A stretch of DNA of 64,000 nt from Centroscyllium fabricii. Taxonomy: Eukaryota. The notes under the pieces are model-generated. The model did not search any database. It saw only the letters and a list, made by a program, of their open reading frames with translations, and had not been told where the DNA came from. The DNA is taken from the NCBI GenBank assembly GCA_051313645.2, contig JBNRSN020000010.1, positions 9,424,001 through 9,488,000 on the forward strand, given 5' to 3'. The position numbers and the translations under genes are program-made. Shown here one piece after another: positions 1-12,700 of this stretch (its first letter is position 1; each line of letters opens with the position of its first letter).

Positions 1-200
1 GAACAGGAGTCAAAGTAATTGAACCGATTCAGGTGATGATGTGTTAACTGGACTTGGCGAGATTTAGGATGCAGGGAGCTGAAGTTTAGGGAGCAGAAGT
101 TTACCGATGCTACAATGCGGAAGGCGGCCAGGAAAGCATTGGAATAGTCCAGACGTTATGTAACAAAAGCATGGCTGAGTGGTTCAACTGCTGTTTGAGG
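1..200 (-). mobile_element. L2-type LINE ORF2 C-terminal fragment
   Basis: The reverse strand translates to LSHAFVT*RLDYSNAFLAA, matching the L2 post-RT motif LIHAFVTSRLDYCNALL. Confidence 0.7.
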
Positions 201-1007
201 CCCCTGCAGCAGGCTGAACAATTAGTCGAAATAATCAGAAATAACTGTGCTAAACTAAATTACATGTTGTGAGTCTAAAAATTACTGATGCGATTTTAGA
301 AGATTCTATCGAAATATTTACAAATAAAACCCTCCGACACAATTCTAATGGTGATTTTGAAATTAACATCATGAATACCAGGCGACGTTCCTTGAAATGA
401 GTGAAGTAAGCATTCCGATACCAACAATGTACAGCAAAGCATAGGAGAGAAAGGCTTGATTAATCTCTACCTTGTTTCAATGGAGAGTAAAATCGGGCGG
501 ACTTTAATAGAGGCGGCAGACCAGAAACCGCCCGATTACTGCCCGAACGATCTGGTTAAATTACCCCTCCTGGTTTATTAACAAATACTTCCATACCAAA
601 GTAGCGGCGCCATGGTGCTCCTTGTGAATACATTTGCAGAGTTGCTAGGAGTTTCCTACAAAATTCACCAGCACCATTCCATCTTCACAAACTGCGAGAA
701 ACGCTCAATCATTTCCCTGAGATACATGTCTCTCAGTGAACTGGACATCACGTCATGTGATGTTAGAGGAAGAAGGTAACATGTGACATTCCCTTCTTCC
801 GCGGATTTCTTCACCAGTTTGAAATGGAAATAACATTTTCGTATCATGCGTCTGCTGAGTGAAAGGCCTCCCCCCAGGCCTTCCACCGAGAACCAGAAAT
901 CCACCCCAGTTCCTTACAACTCGTGACATACCCGTGATATCCGATACAGGAAATGCTCACAACACGTGTGACAGCTAATGTCTGCATTTCCTCTTCCATA
1001 GATTAGT

Positions 1008-1195
1008 CTGGGCCAAAATCCTGGAACTCCCTTCCTAAAAACATTGCGGGTGTACCTACCCCATATGGACTGCAGCTGTTCAGGAAGGTGGCTCACCACC
1101 ATCTTCTCAAGGGCAATTAGGGATGGGCACTAAATGCAGGCCTAGCCAGCCAGCGACGCCCACATCCCATCAATGAATAAAAAAATAAAAAAAAG
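1008..1195 (+). mobile_element. 3' end of the CR1/L2-group LINE family also seen at 4150-5790
   Basis: Shares the tail aaggtggctcaccaccat...aagggcaa...gacgcccacat...aataaaaa with 5620-5790. Confidence 0.75.
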
Positions 1196-1962
1196 TCTGC
1201 TTCCGTAGCTTACTGCTAAGGCACACAGAGTAGGAATTTCTCATGTTCGCGACAGGCATAGAATTCGTTGGGAGGCCGAACGGGCGAATGAGTACAGCTC
1301 TTGAACCACTTTTAAAGTAACTCGGCAGATTGGCAACTCCTGGAATCGGGGGAACGCCGGATTTGCTCGCTGCGCACTTTTACTCCTGAGGAAGTCACCA
1401 GAGTGTATTAAGGGGCGGGATGCGGAAGATGTAAAACTGGGTTCTCACATGATATTTTCAGGTTAGTGCCCGGTCTGTTATGTTAAAATACCCCACTGCG
1501 AGCGCTGTGCGTGCGCGTGTGTGTTTGGTGGCCGGGTGTCAAGGTAATTCCCAGCTTGTATGAGAGAAATGTAGCTTCACACCACCTGATGTTCCGGCTG
1601 ATCTCCCGCCACCAACAAGTGATGAAGCTCAACAGAGGTGAAAGGTGAGGCGGAGGGAGCTGGTAGTAGGTGTTGGAAGAAAATATTATCGTTCTGGGTC
1701 AAGAAAGTTATAGCGTGTTAATATTTTATTTCCACCGTTTAATCAGCACGTGCATTACTTCACCAAAGATCAACATGGATCAACACTACAGTAAGTCCAC
1801 AGAATCAGACCAGGTTACTGTTGTATTCCAGGGTGATTCATTTTCCAATTGAAAGCGCTGTGAGACGTCGTAACTTTCGATTTTTTAAATTTATTTCTGA
1901 GCTGTTTGTTCAGGACATTCTCTTAGCTTCACACGTGTTGTGCCATAGAAAAATGACGTAAT

Positions 1963-2010
1963 TCATGAACTTGATTTAGGCAACACTGCATCAAGTAGTC
2001 TTCTTGCTGA
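1963..2010 (-). pseudogene. Orphaned distal part of the ancestral MS4A last exon (SARRLLDAVLPKSSS*)
   Basis: Homologous to the paralogue's C-terminus SAGRLFVAVECKSSS* ending at 52338. The following 3' UTR also aligns (gtgaagctaa...cctgaac). It is cut off from the exon start by a CR1 insertion. Confidence 0.75.
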
Positions 2011-3744
2011 ATCATAGAACCATAGAATGATATGACACAGGAATATGTCATCCGCCTATGTTGCCTGTACTCACTTTCTGAAAGAGAGATTCAATTACAT
2101 CCACCTGCTAATTCCCCACTGCCCTGCATTTAAAAAAATATTTTAATGTTATTTCGACTTCCCTTTTGAAAGTTACCATTGGATCTGCGTCATCCGCCCG
2201 TACAGGTAGTGCCTTCCAGATATCAGCAACTTGCTTCCTAAATACATGTATCCTCATCTCCCCACTTGCACTATTGCCAATTACATTAAATCTAACTCCT
2301 CTGATTATCAGCTCCTCTGCCAGTGGAATTAGCATTATCTAAATTATTCAATCAAAAGGCCTCCTAATTTTGAACACCTCTAATTAATCTCCCGTTCTCC
2401 TTCCCTGCTCTAACGAGAATAATAAAACAAAACTGAAACGCCTCAGCCCTGCTAACATTCTAGGCAATCTCCTCTGGATAGTCTCCAAGTTATTTATATC
2501 CTTCCTAAAGTGTGGTATCCACAATTGGACACAATGCTCCAGTGGAGGTCTAATACAGGATTTAAAAAGATTTAAGATAACTACCGTGTTTGATACTCTG
2601 TGTCTCTATTTACAATGCAAATTATTCCGTCTGTGTGTTAGCAGCGCTATCAACGTGTACTGCTAACATGAAGATATTGCGCCCTTGATCCCCCAGTCCT
2701 ATCAGTCCATGCTTCGACTTAAAGTGATTACTATTTAGTTGTAAAAAGATTCTACTCATTCTTCCTTCAAAAATACAACACTTCACACTTCTACACGTGA
2801 AATTGCAGCTGAAACGTGTCCCATTTTACCATGTCAATTTGTATCGTTGGAAACCAATCTATAACGGCTGTGGCATCAGACTTTTGGAGGTTGGATCTTG
2901 GGGATTATTGTTTCAGAGTGTTGACCTGATCAGTAGGCTCATGGGTAGGCTGCGAAAGTAAACGGAGTAAACAAATAAACAAAAGTTAAATATTTACACA
3001 GTCCAACTGACATAAATGTTGAAGATAACCTCCGTGTAAGGTGTGAAATTCCTCGCTAAAAGAAAATAGCAGAAATTACTGCCCATGTAATGTTTGAGGC
3101 TAATGGAAAACACTGTTTTTTATTTACAAGTCGGATAGCTGCTTCCAGCCAGCACAGATGCGCAACTCAAGGTGAAAATTAGAGTTAATGACCCAGATGC
3201 AGACAGATGAAAAATTTACGGCGAAAGAACCAATCTTTTCCGCGTCAAGCTACTCGAAAATGTCATGTCGCTGTTTGGCTCCTACTTCAAATGTAATCAG
3301 CTGCGTGGATTTCCTGCCCTTTCATCATAGAGATGGATTATTCACACCAGAGAAAACTAGGGACTGTCCATATCAGCCAAACTAGCATTTTTGAAACCGT
3401 GATCATTTTTAATTACTGAAAGTGCATTTCTAAGACAGATAATTCACTCTTACGAATGCCGAGTCTCAGTGCTTCAGATATTAATCGTTGATAAACATTA
3501 TTATTAAAATTAAAATTGAAACGAAAAAAATATTTTATTTCTGTCGCTATTCTATCTATCTCTGAATACAATGTTTCTTTCAATTAGCTTTCAATACTTC
3601 TTCTTCTTGTCGTATCTTTTTTCGAAGGGGTGGATGGAGTTTTTAACAGACCGGTTAACGGTCTGCCTTTTGACTGCGCATTAGCGCCTCCTCTGTGGTC
3701 ACTGCCTGCTATTGCACCTGGTCTTCCCCGATGGTCTCCCATCC

Positions 3745-3777
<33 letters not shown>

Positions 3778-6700
3778 CGAGGTCGACTTGGGATCGGGCG
3801 TTCTAGACTAGCAGGCCGGGGCTCAGCTTTCAATACTGATTTGATGTTTCGCACACTAGTCGAACACGCAGTTCCTGTATTAGAATCTGCGATGTTCTGA
3901 AATCAGTTCTTCCCTGTGGTTGGTGAACGGAATACATGGTTGATTGTTCTGTTCACACAGGTCCCAGATGGCCTGTAGAGGGCGCTGCATCATTTAGCTC
4001 TGTTCCTGCAACTTCAAGTAAAAAATGTCGTAGAATGTAAATGAAACTCCCCATCCTCAAACATGGCGGAGCCTCACACACGAGTGTAAAATACAAGGCT
4101 GAAGTGTGCAAACATCTTCAGCCAGATGTGCAAAGCGGATGATTCATATCGTCCACGATCATAGAAGACTGTCTTCAGTCAATTCAATTCACTCAACGTG
4201 ATATCAAAAAGGACACAGCCCACGGGTCACTGGTAAGGCTGTATGTCCCGAAATCACTCCTGCTGTGGTGTTGAAGCCTGGGACACCAGAATTGCCGCGC
4301 CTCTCACCAGGTAGTGCCAGTACAGCTACAACACTGGCATATATCCGACAATGAGGAAAATTACCCAGGTACTTGATGTATACAAAAAGCAGGACAGATC
4401 CAATCAGACATATTACAGCCGCATAAATCTGCTCACAATCATCAGCAAATTAATGGATGCAGTCTTAAACAGTGTAATCTATTGGCATTTTCATACCAAT
4501 AACCAGCTCACCAATATAAAATTTGCGCTGTGCCAGGACCACTCGCCTCCATACCACATTACAGCCTTTTTCCAAATATGGCCGAAATTACTGAATTCCG
4601 GCGGTGAGCTGAGATTGACTGCCCTTGACACCAATGCTGCAATTGAACGAGTGCGGCAACAAGGAGTGCAAATATAATTAAAATCAATGGCAATCAGGTG
4701 CGAAATCTCCACTTGCTGGATTCATATCTAACACAAAGGAAGATTGTTGTGGTTGTTTGAGGGCAAACATCCCTGCCTCTTGAAATCGATTCAGGAGAAC
4801 CTCATACAAGTGTCGTAGGTCCAACCATCCCCAGCGGGTTCATCAATCACCAATCCTCCTCATACAGTAAGCAGTGAGGAAGTTCGCTGACGATTGCACG
4901 GTGTTGATTTGGATTCACAGTTCTTCAGACACAGAATCAATTCGTGCCCGCATGCAACACGACCTGGCCGACATCCAGGCTTGTTCTGATAAGTGGCAAC
5001 GAATACTTTCGCTACACAATCACCAGTCAATGACTATCTGAAACAAGCGATAGTCTAACCATCGTCCCTTGATGCTCAACATCATTAATATCGCCGAATC
5101 CCCCACCATCAACATGCTGGGTGTCACAATTAGCAATAAACTTAAATGGACCAAACATTTAAATGGCGTGGACACATGTGGACTTCAGAGGCTGTGTATT
5201 CTGCGGCGACTGTCTCACCTCTGGACTCCTCAAATCATTTCCATTCACTACAAGACACAGCTAAGATGTTTGCTGGAATACCCCCCACTTTCCTGGATGG
5301 CTGCAGCTCCGAGAACACTCAAGAAGATCGACACCATTGAGGACAATGCAGCCCACCTGATTTGCACACAACCACCACATTAATCATTCACTCCCTCCAA
5401 GACCAGCGCTCCTTGGCTGACGAGCTTAACAACTATAAGATGCACTGCAGCAAATCGGCAAGGTTTATTCGGCAGCATCTACCAAGCCAGCGACCTGTAC
5501 CACATAGAAGGACAAGGGCAGCAGGCACATGGGAACGCCACCACCTTCACCTCCACATTTCCATCCAAGTCAAATAATATGCTGATTTGGCAGTATATTG
5601 CAGTTCCATCACCGTTCGCTGGGTGAGAATCCTGGAAAACACTCCCTAAATGCATGATGGAAGTACGCTCACCACACGGACTGCAGTAGTTCAATCAGAA
5701 GGCTCACCACCACCATGTCAAGGGCAACAAGGAATGGGCAATATATGCTGGCCTTGCCAGGGACGCCCACATGCCAGGAACAAATAAAAACAAGTCTAAC
5801 GCATTGCAGGCGCGTTTCCTCCACTGGATAAAGTTAATGCTGGCGTAATGCTTCTAATTGGAAAACTTTTGGGAGGTAAATGCAAAACTCGGTATTTTTA
5901 GAGTCAATATGCAGCGGAGCCAGAAATATTGATTTGCAATTTGGTATTGTAAGTACAAACCTGATTGACTTGTATTTTGGAATGTTTCCACAACTTCTTG
6001 CCTTCGAAAATGGAACCGACAATTGTTGTCAACAGCGCCAAAATTGCCAGCAGATGGAGAACGAGTAGCGGAGTAGAACGGGAAATCTGTGGATCAGCAG
6101 CAAGAACATGTTCAGGGCAATCAGAAATAAGTCCACGTGAGGCTGCAAGAACATTCACATATAGAGCGACATCACATTTTAGGGCAATCTCAGATGGAAG
6201 GTTACACTAAGTCAATTTTTGGTCAATGAAGGATATTGGCAATGGATTTGAACTCTGCCAGAAAGTGCTGAACGGGCATCGGACGTTCGTTTTGCGCTTC
6301 TCCCGATTTTCCTCTCCAATTGTATTCAATGGAAACGAAAATCGGGTGGAGCGTAACGCAGACTAATGTCATCCCCATTGTATCAATGTTAGGCGATCTA
6401 CCACAGGGCATAAAGAATACGTCTTCAACTGAAAGCACATTTCTGTGTGGAGGAGGGAATTAATGGTCCAGTGGGTGGAAGTATTATTCAGCCCCCGTTT
6501 CCAGGTCTAAGCTGTCCCTATAGAAAACAAAACTGATCGCAATGTTGGAAGTATAGAACAACATCTTAAAGAAACTTCTCTGCACTGCAGGCTGAGCTGG
6601 GAGCAGCCCAAAAACACAGGAGCTACAGCGCCGCCACAGGCCGACTGATGAAATTATAGCATAACGTCCGCTCGTTACAAACGTGACAGTATCATCTGAA

Positions 6701-9700
6701 ACGCTGTATCCGGTTGGGTACTTAGAAAGTACGGACAGGGCAGTGATTGCTTTTATCTCCGCAGTACCAATTCATAGAATCATAGAACGAAACATCAGAG
6801 AAGGAGGCCATTCTCACTACCGTGCCTGTGCTTGCACCTTGAAGGAAATATCCAATTAGACACACTGCCTCTCTTTTCGTAGCTCCACAATTGTTTCCCT
6901 TTCAAGTATTTATCCAATTCCCTTATGAAAGTAATTAACGAATCAGTTTACACCGCAAGTTCGGCCAATACATTCCAGAACGTAAGAGGTCGCTGTGTAA
7001 AACACGAATTATCCTCATCCAACCGCTGTTCTTTTTTTTGCAAATCACCTTCAATCTGTGTCCAAAGATGTGCGGGTTAGGTGGATTGGCAATGATAAAT
7101 TGACCCTTAGTGTTCGGGGGATTTAATATGTGGGGTTACGGGGATAAGTTGGGATATGTGTCGGTGCAGCCTCGATTGGGTTCGAGTGATATTGGGACAA
7201 GGCAGGGACAGGGTGCTGGGTTTGGATGATCAGCCACGATCTCATTGAATGGCGGAGCAGGCTCGAAGGGCCGAATGGCCAACTCCTGGTCCCACAAAAG
7301 TGCCGGTTCCGTTCATGAAATGCGCATGCACGGGAAACCGGCACTTCCTTTTCCCCAAACTTAGGGGTGAACAGGCGCAGCGCATGTTCTGGAGCGGCAG
7401 CGTATGCGATTTCAACTTAAGTTTTCTTTCCAGGTTTTTCTGTCCGGTTCAGTCTGAAAAGTTATGCTTGAAAAAAGCAGCAGTAAGGCCTGCATTTAAT
7501 GAGGTAAGTGCTGAATGAATTCAAATTAACACACTTTTTCCACAGATTTATTACTTTAACAACTTTAACGAAATGTAAGATTATTTTTAGAGCCGTTAGG
7601 AAATCTAATGAATTTTCTGAAAAAAGTAAAATATTGCCCCAGTGAATAGGCTCTGAACGCATGAGTATTGAGTACTCATGCGTATGCCATTCGAACGATC
7701 CGGATGCCTGCATGCCATGCGCCTGCGCGGGAAAGTGGCACTTCCATTCCCCGAAGTATGGGTTTACGAGGTGAAGCACGTGCGCGGGAGCAGCAGCGCG
7801 TGCGCATTGCCCTTATCCTTTTTTGGGCGTTTAATGTCTGGGTAAGTGAGAAAAAGTTAGACACAAAAAAAGGATCACTAAGGCCTGCTTTTAACAAGGA
7901 AAGTGCTGAATTAATCGAAATAAAAAAAATTCCCCAGGTTTATTAATTTAATTACTTTAAAGATAGGTAAGTTCATTTTTAGAACTGTTAGCAGAAATAA
8001 TTACATTTTCGAAATTTAAATTAGTGTTTAAAACAGCCATTTCATGATATTTATAGTCATTTTATAACTTTGCTGTTTTTAAAATTTATTTGAAGTTTTA
8101 TTGAAGTTTTGTGGCTTGTAGTATTCATAGTTTTTACAGAAATTCTGAGTGGCTCTGCAAGGCCCAAGTGGCACCAGGGGAGGCAAGTCATTAACTGCGG
8201 CATTCGGATATGCAAGCACAGCTGACCGGCAGTTGGAGGTGGCCCAGGAACAGAATTCCACGCTGACCCACAGCTCAACGGCTGGCACGCAAGTTAACTG
8301 TAGGTTGGAGTCTTACACACGCGGGAAAAATCCGACCTGAATATCTGGGCCAATATTGCATTTAGACGTCGTAAGATGAAAAGCCAAAGCTATCTTAGAA
8401 CGCCTCGCAGCAGTATTTCTCACTGCATCTCTCTAAAGTTGATCCGCTGAACAATGATGCTATTATGCCTGTGTATGCCTGGGACGCAAAGCTGTACTAT
8501 GTCCGGCAATATCAATTGTTTTTTTATGTCAGTATTCATTTGTGCAATCAGCCATAACACACCCAGAGGGAATGCTGATTTTAAACTATTAGTCATGTAT
8601 TAAGGGAGTTTTTCTAACTCTGCATTGTTCAGGCTTCAGCTGGAGTGCTTGGCACAGCACGTTTGACGGATTTCAAAGCACTAGAGTACAGATGAGATTG
8701 CAAGGAAAGTCACCTGGGATAAAAGTAGTCAGATACGTGTTTAGATTAGAGAAACTGGGGATGGTTTCGTTAGAGCAACGACATTAAGAGGAAATTTGAT
8801 AAACGTGTTCAAAATCATGAAGGTGTTTGATGGATAAATAAAGGACAAACTTGTTCCAGTGGCAGAGCAGTCGATAGCCAGCGGCACAGTTTTAAGTTAG
8901 TTGGAAAAATAACCACAGGCGTCGTGAGGAAAAACATTATGCAGCAAGTTGTTTTGATCTGGACTTCACTTATTGAAAGGGCCGTGGGGGCAGATTCAAT
9001 AATGATTTTCAAAGAAGATTTGCATAAATACGGCTCTGTATTAAAGCCAAAGTAATGGGTCAAGAGTGGCAGATAATTCAAAAAGTCAGATAATGAGTGG
9101 GGTCCTCACCTCGATGGAAATGCAATAAAGGACCAGATTGACTACGCCAAGAAGCGCACTGATCGCATACAGCGCCAGACACGTCACCACCTTCGGAGAA
9201 TAAGCAAACGACTATTAAAATATTTGAATTTGGTGAGATCCATATGAAGCAATTGATTTTCTGGGCGGAGATTCTCCTTCAATACTCACATCTAAAGACA
9301 TTAATGAGTTCCAAGTTCTTTACAAAATGGTTGTATTGCAATAAATATAGTAACATAGAATCTTACAGCAAACACGGCGGCCATTTCATTATGTCTGTGC
9401 TGGCTCTTTGAAAGAGGCGTGAAATAAGTGTATTTTATTTCAACCTGCAAATAAAATGTGACCATGTATGGTAGGATATGTAGTTTAGAATAAAATAAAA
9501 TGTATTTCAATTTAATTTGTGGAGGAACGCGCTTTTCTATATTGGATATCGCAGAGCAATCTCTGCCTTGTGTGTCGTGGGTGACTGTCTTGATCAGGGG
9601 AAGAATCACATGACCAAATATTGAAATAATTAAATACATGTCGGCTACACAGTCATTAGGAACACGGGTACATAGGAACAAGATAATTCCATTCAGCTCC

Positions 9701-12700
9701 TCCAAACGGACCTGGCACTCACTTAAATTATTGCTGATATTTAGCTTAACTCTTCTATCCGTCTTGCTTTCAAAGAGCTTTAATATCTTGCCTAGTAAAA
9801 GCGCAATGAGAACAAATGTCCGTAACAACTACAGGGCCTGGTTGATAAAACACTTTAGGTAGACATTGCAGCGAACTGGCGACTCGTTTTACCACTTATG
9901 CTGACCAAATATTACCCCCATGTGAGTGTAATACAGTCAGTATCGGTTAAGAAATCAATGAAACTGAATATGGGACCGGATGACAAATCAGTGACCAATG
10001 CACGACTGCTTGGTTTACCACCCTGCAATTCTCCAATTTCATCACCGAAACCACCCAATTATACGGGGTACCACTTATCAGAACAATTCCAGTTAAAGGT
10101 AACGTTTCCAGCACGTACATAATCCGCACAGCATCCACTATTTCAAATTAGAGCAATATCCTGGCAATGGACGGATTTGTTTAAATGGAGAGTCATTTTT
10201 GATATACTTACAAGACCTGTAGGTGATGTCTTTTCCATAATACAACAAAGGCTCCCAGAAATAAGAAACTGTGAAAGAAATGTGACATATCAGTTCCACA
10301 AATTAAAGCCTATGTATTGGAACAGCGATTCGCAACTAGGTCATTCAGCCCCTCGAAACTGTGCCGCCAGTTAATTAGATTATAGCTGATCTGTAACGTA
10401 ACTTCATTTACCTGCATTGGTTCCGTAATCCTTAATAACCTCAATGTGGAGGTGCCGGTGTTGGACTGGGGTGGACAAATGCAAAAAGTCACACAACACC
10501 TGGTTTATAGTCCAACGTTTTATTTTAAATCACAAGCTTTCGGAGCGCTGCTCCTTCCTCAGGTGACAGAAGAGACTGATTTAAAGATCACACATATCGG
10601 AGGAAGGGAGAAATCCGACCTCTTCCCCTAGAGCACACAAGCATATTAGCATACCTTAACACCTCAATCTGCGAACAATGGGGCACAATTGCAAGGGTGG
10701 TCACATGCTCAAAACACACAGAATGATTTTTTCCCCCTTATTAAAGCAAAAAAAAAACACATCAAAGGGGTGCAGTCACAGGGCCTAACGCTAGTCTGCT
10801 GTAAGTCCCACAGTATTACTTTTTTTATAAAAACCATGATTTTTCTTACTCAAAATTGCAGAGCAAGCCAAAGATGGTTCGGGTCTGGACGACTCCACGC
10901 CAGGCGGGGTCACATGTAGCGTGACATAAACCCAATATCACGGTTGAGGCCGTGCTCATGGGTGCGGAACTTGGCAATCAGCCTCTGCTCGACGATTTTG
11001 CGTTGTCGTGTATCTTGAAGGCCACCCTGGAGAATGCTCACCCGAAGATCGGAAGCTGAATGTCCTTGACCGCTGAAATGTTCCCCGACTGGGAGGGAAC
11101 ATTCCTGCCTGGCGATTGTTGCGCGGTGCCCGTTCATCCGTTGTTGTAGTGTCTGCATGGTCTCGCCGATGTACCATGCGCCGGGGCATCCTTTCCTGCA
11201 ACATATGAGGTAGACAACATTGGTCGAGTTACATGAGTATGTACCATGTACCTGGTGTGTTGTGTCCTCACGTGTGATGATTGTATCTGTGCTGATGATT
11301 TGGCACGATTTGCAGAGGTTGCTGTGGCAGGGTTGTGTGGTGTCGTGGTTGCTGTTCTCCTGAAGGCTGGGTAATTTGCTGCGAACTATAGTCTGTTTGA
11401 GGTTAGGTGGCTGTTTGAAGGCGAGTAGTGGAGGCGCGGGGATGGCCTTAGCGAGGTGTTCGTCATCATCAATGACATGCTGAAGGCTGCGAAGAACATG
11501 GCGTAGTTTCTCCGCTCCGGGGAAGTACTGGACGACAAAGGGTACTCTGTTGGTTGTGTCCCGTGTTTGTCTTCTGAGGAGATCTACGCGATTTTTCGTT
11601 CTGGCCCGTCGGAACTGTCGATCGATGAGTCGAGTGTCATACCCCGTTCTTACGAGGGCGTCTTTCAGTGTCTGTAGGTGTCTGTCGCGTTCCTCCTCAT
11701 CTGAGCAGATCCTGTGTATTCGCAGGGCTTGTCCATAGGGGATGGCTTCTTTAACGTGGTTCGGGTGGAAGCTGGAGTAGTGGAGCATCCTGAGGTTGTC
11801 CGTGGGTTTGCGGTAGAGGGAAGTGCTGAGGCATCCGTTTTTGATAGAGATTCGTGTGTCCAAGAATGAAACCGATTCTGAGGAGTAGTCCATGGTGAGT
11901 TTGATGGTGGGATGGAACTTGTTTATGTTATCGTGTAGTCTTTTCAGTGATTCTTCACCGTGGGTCCACAGGAGGAAAATGTCGTCGATGTATCTGGTGT
12001 ATAGCGTTGGTTGGAGGTACTGTGTAGCGAAGAAGTCTTGCTCGAACTTGTGCATGAAGATGTTGGCGTACTCAGGTGCGAATTTGGTCCCCATGGCTGT
12101 TCCGTGTGTTTGGGTAAAAAAATTATTGTCGAAGGTGAAAACATTGTGGTCAAGGATGAAGCGGATGAGTTGTAGGATGATGTCTGGAGATTGGCTGTTG
12201 TTGGTGTTGAGTACTGAAGCTGTCGCAGCGATGCCATCATCGTGGGGGATACTGGTGTAGAGTGCCGAGACGTCCATCGTGGCAAGGAGTGTTCCTGGTT
12301 CAACTGATCCGTGGGTGCTGAGTTTTTGTAAGAAGTCTGTAGTGTCGCGACAAAAGCTTGGGGTTCTCTGAACGATGGGTTTCAGGATGCCCTCGATGTA
12401 TCCAGAGAGGTTCTCACATAGGGTTCCACTGCCTGATACAATAGGGCGTCCCGGTGTGTTGGCTTTGTGTATTTTTGGGAGGCAGTAAAAATCTCCCATG
12501 CGGGGATTCCGTGGGATGAGGGTGTGTAGGGTGTTCTGAAAGCCTGGGTCGAAGGTCTTGATCAGTCTGTTGAGCTGGCGGGTGTGTTCCTTGGTCGGAT
12601 CTGCGGGTAGCTGTCTGTAGTGTTCTTGGTTGTCCAGTTGTCGGTATGCTTCTTTGCAATAGTCTGTTCTGTTCTGTATGACGATGGCTCCTCCTTTGTC

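Noticed and set aside
3705-3824. Functional 5S rRNA gene
   Set aside because: The 5' and 3' ends are diverged, there is no T-run terminator or tandem array, and it sits inside a TSD-flanked insert with an extra body and tail.
9301-9828. 175-aa ORF as a real gene
   Set aside because: It spans CR1 tail fragments and AT-rich intron sequence and has no recognisable motif.
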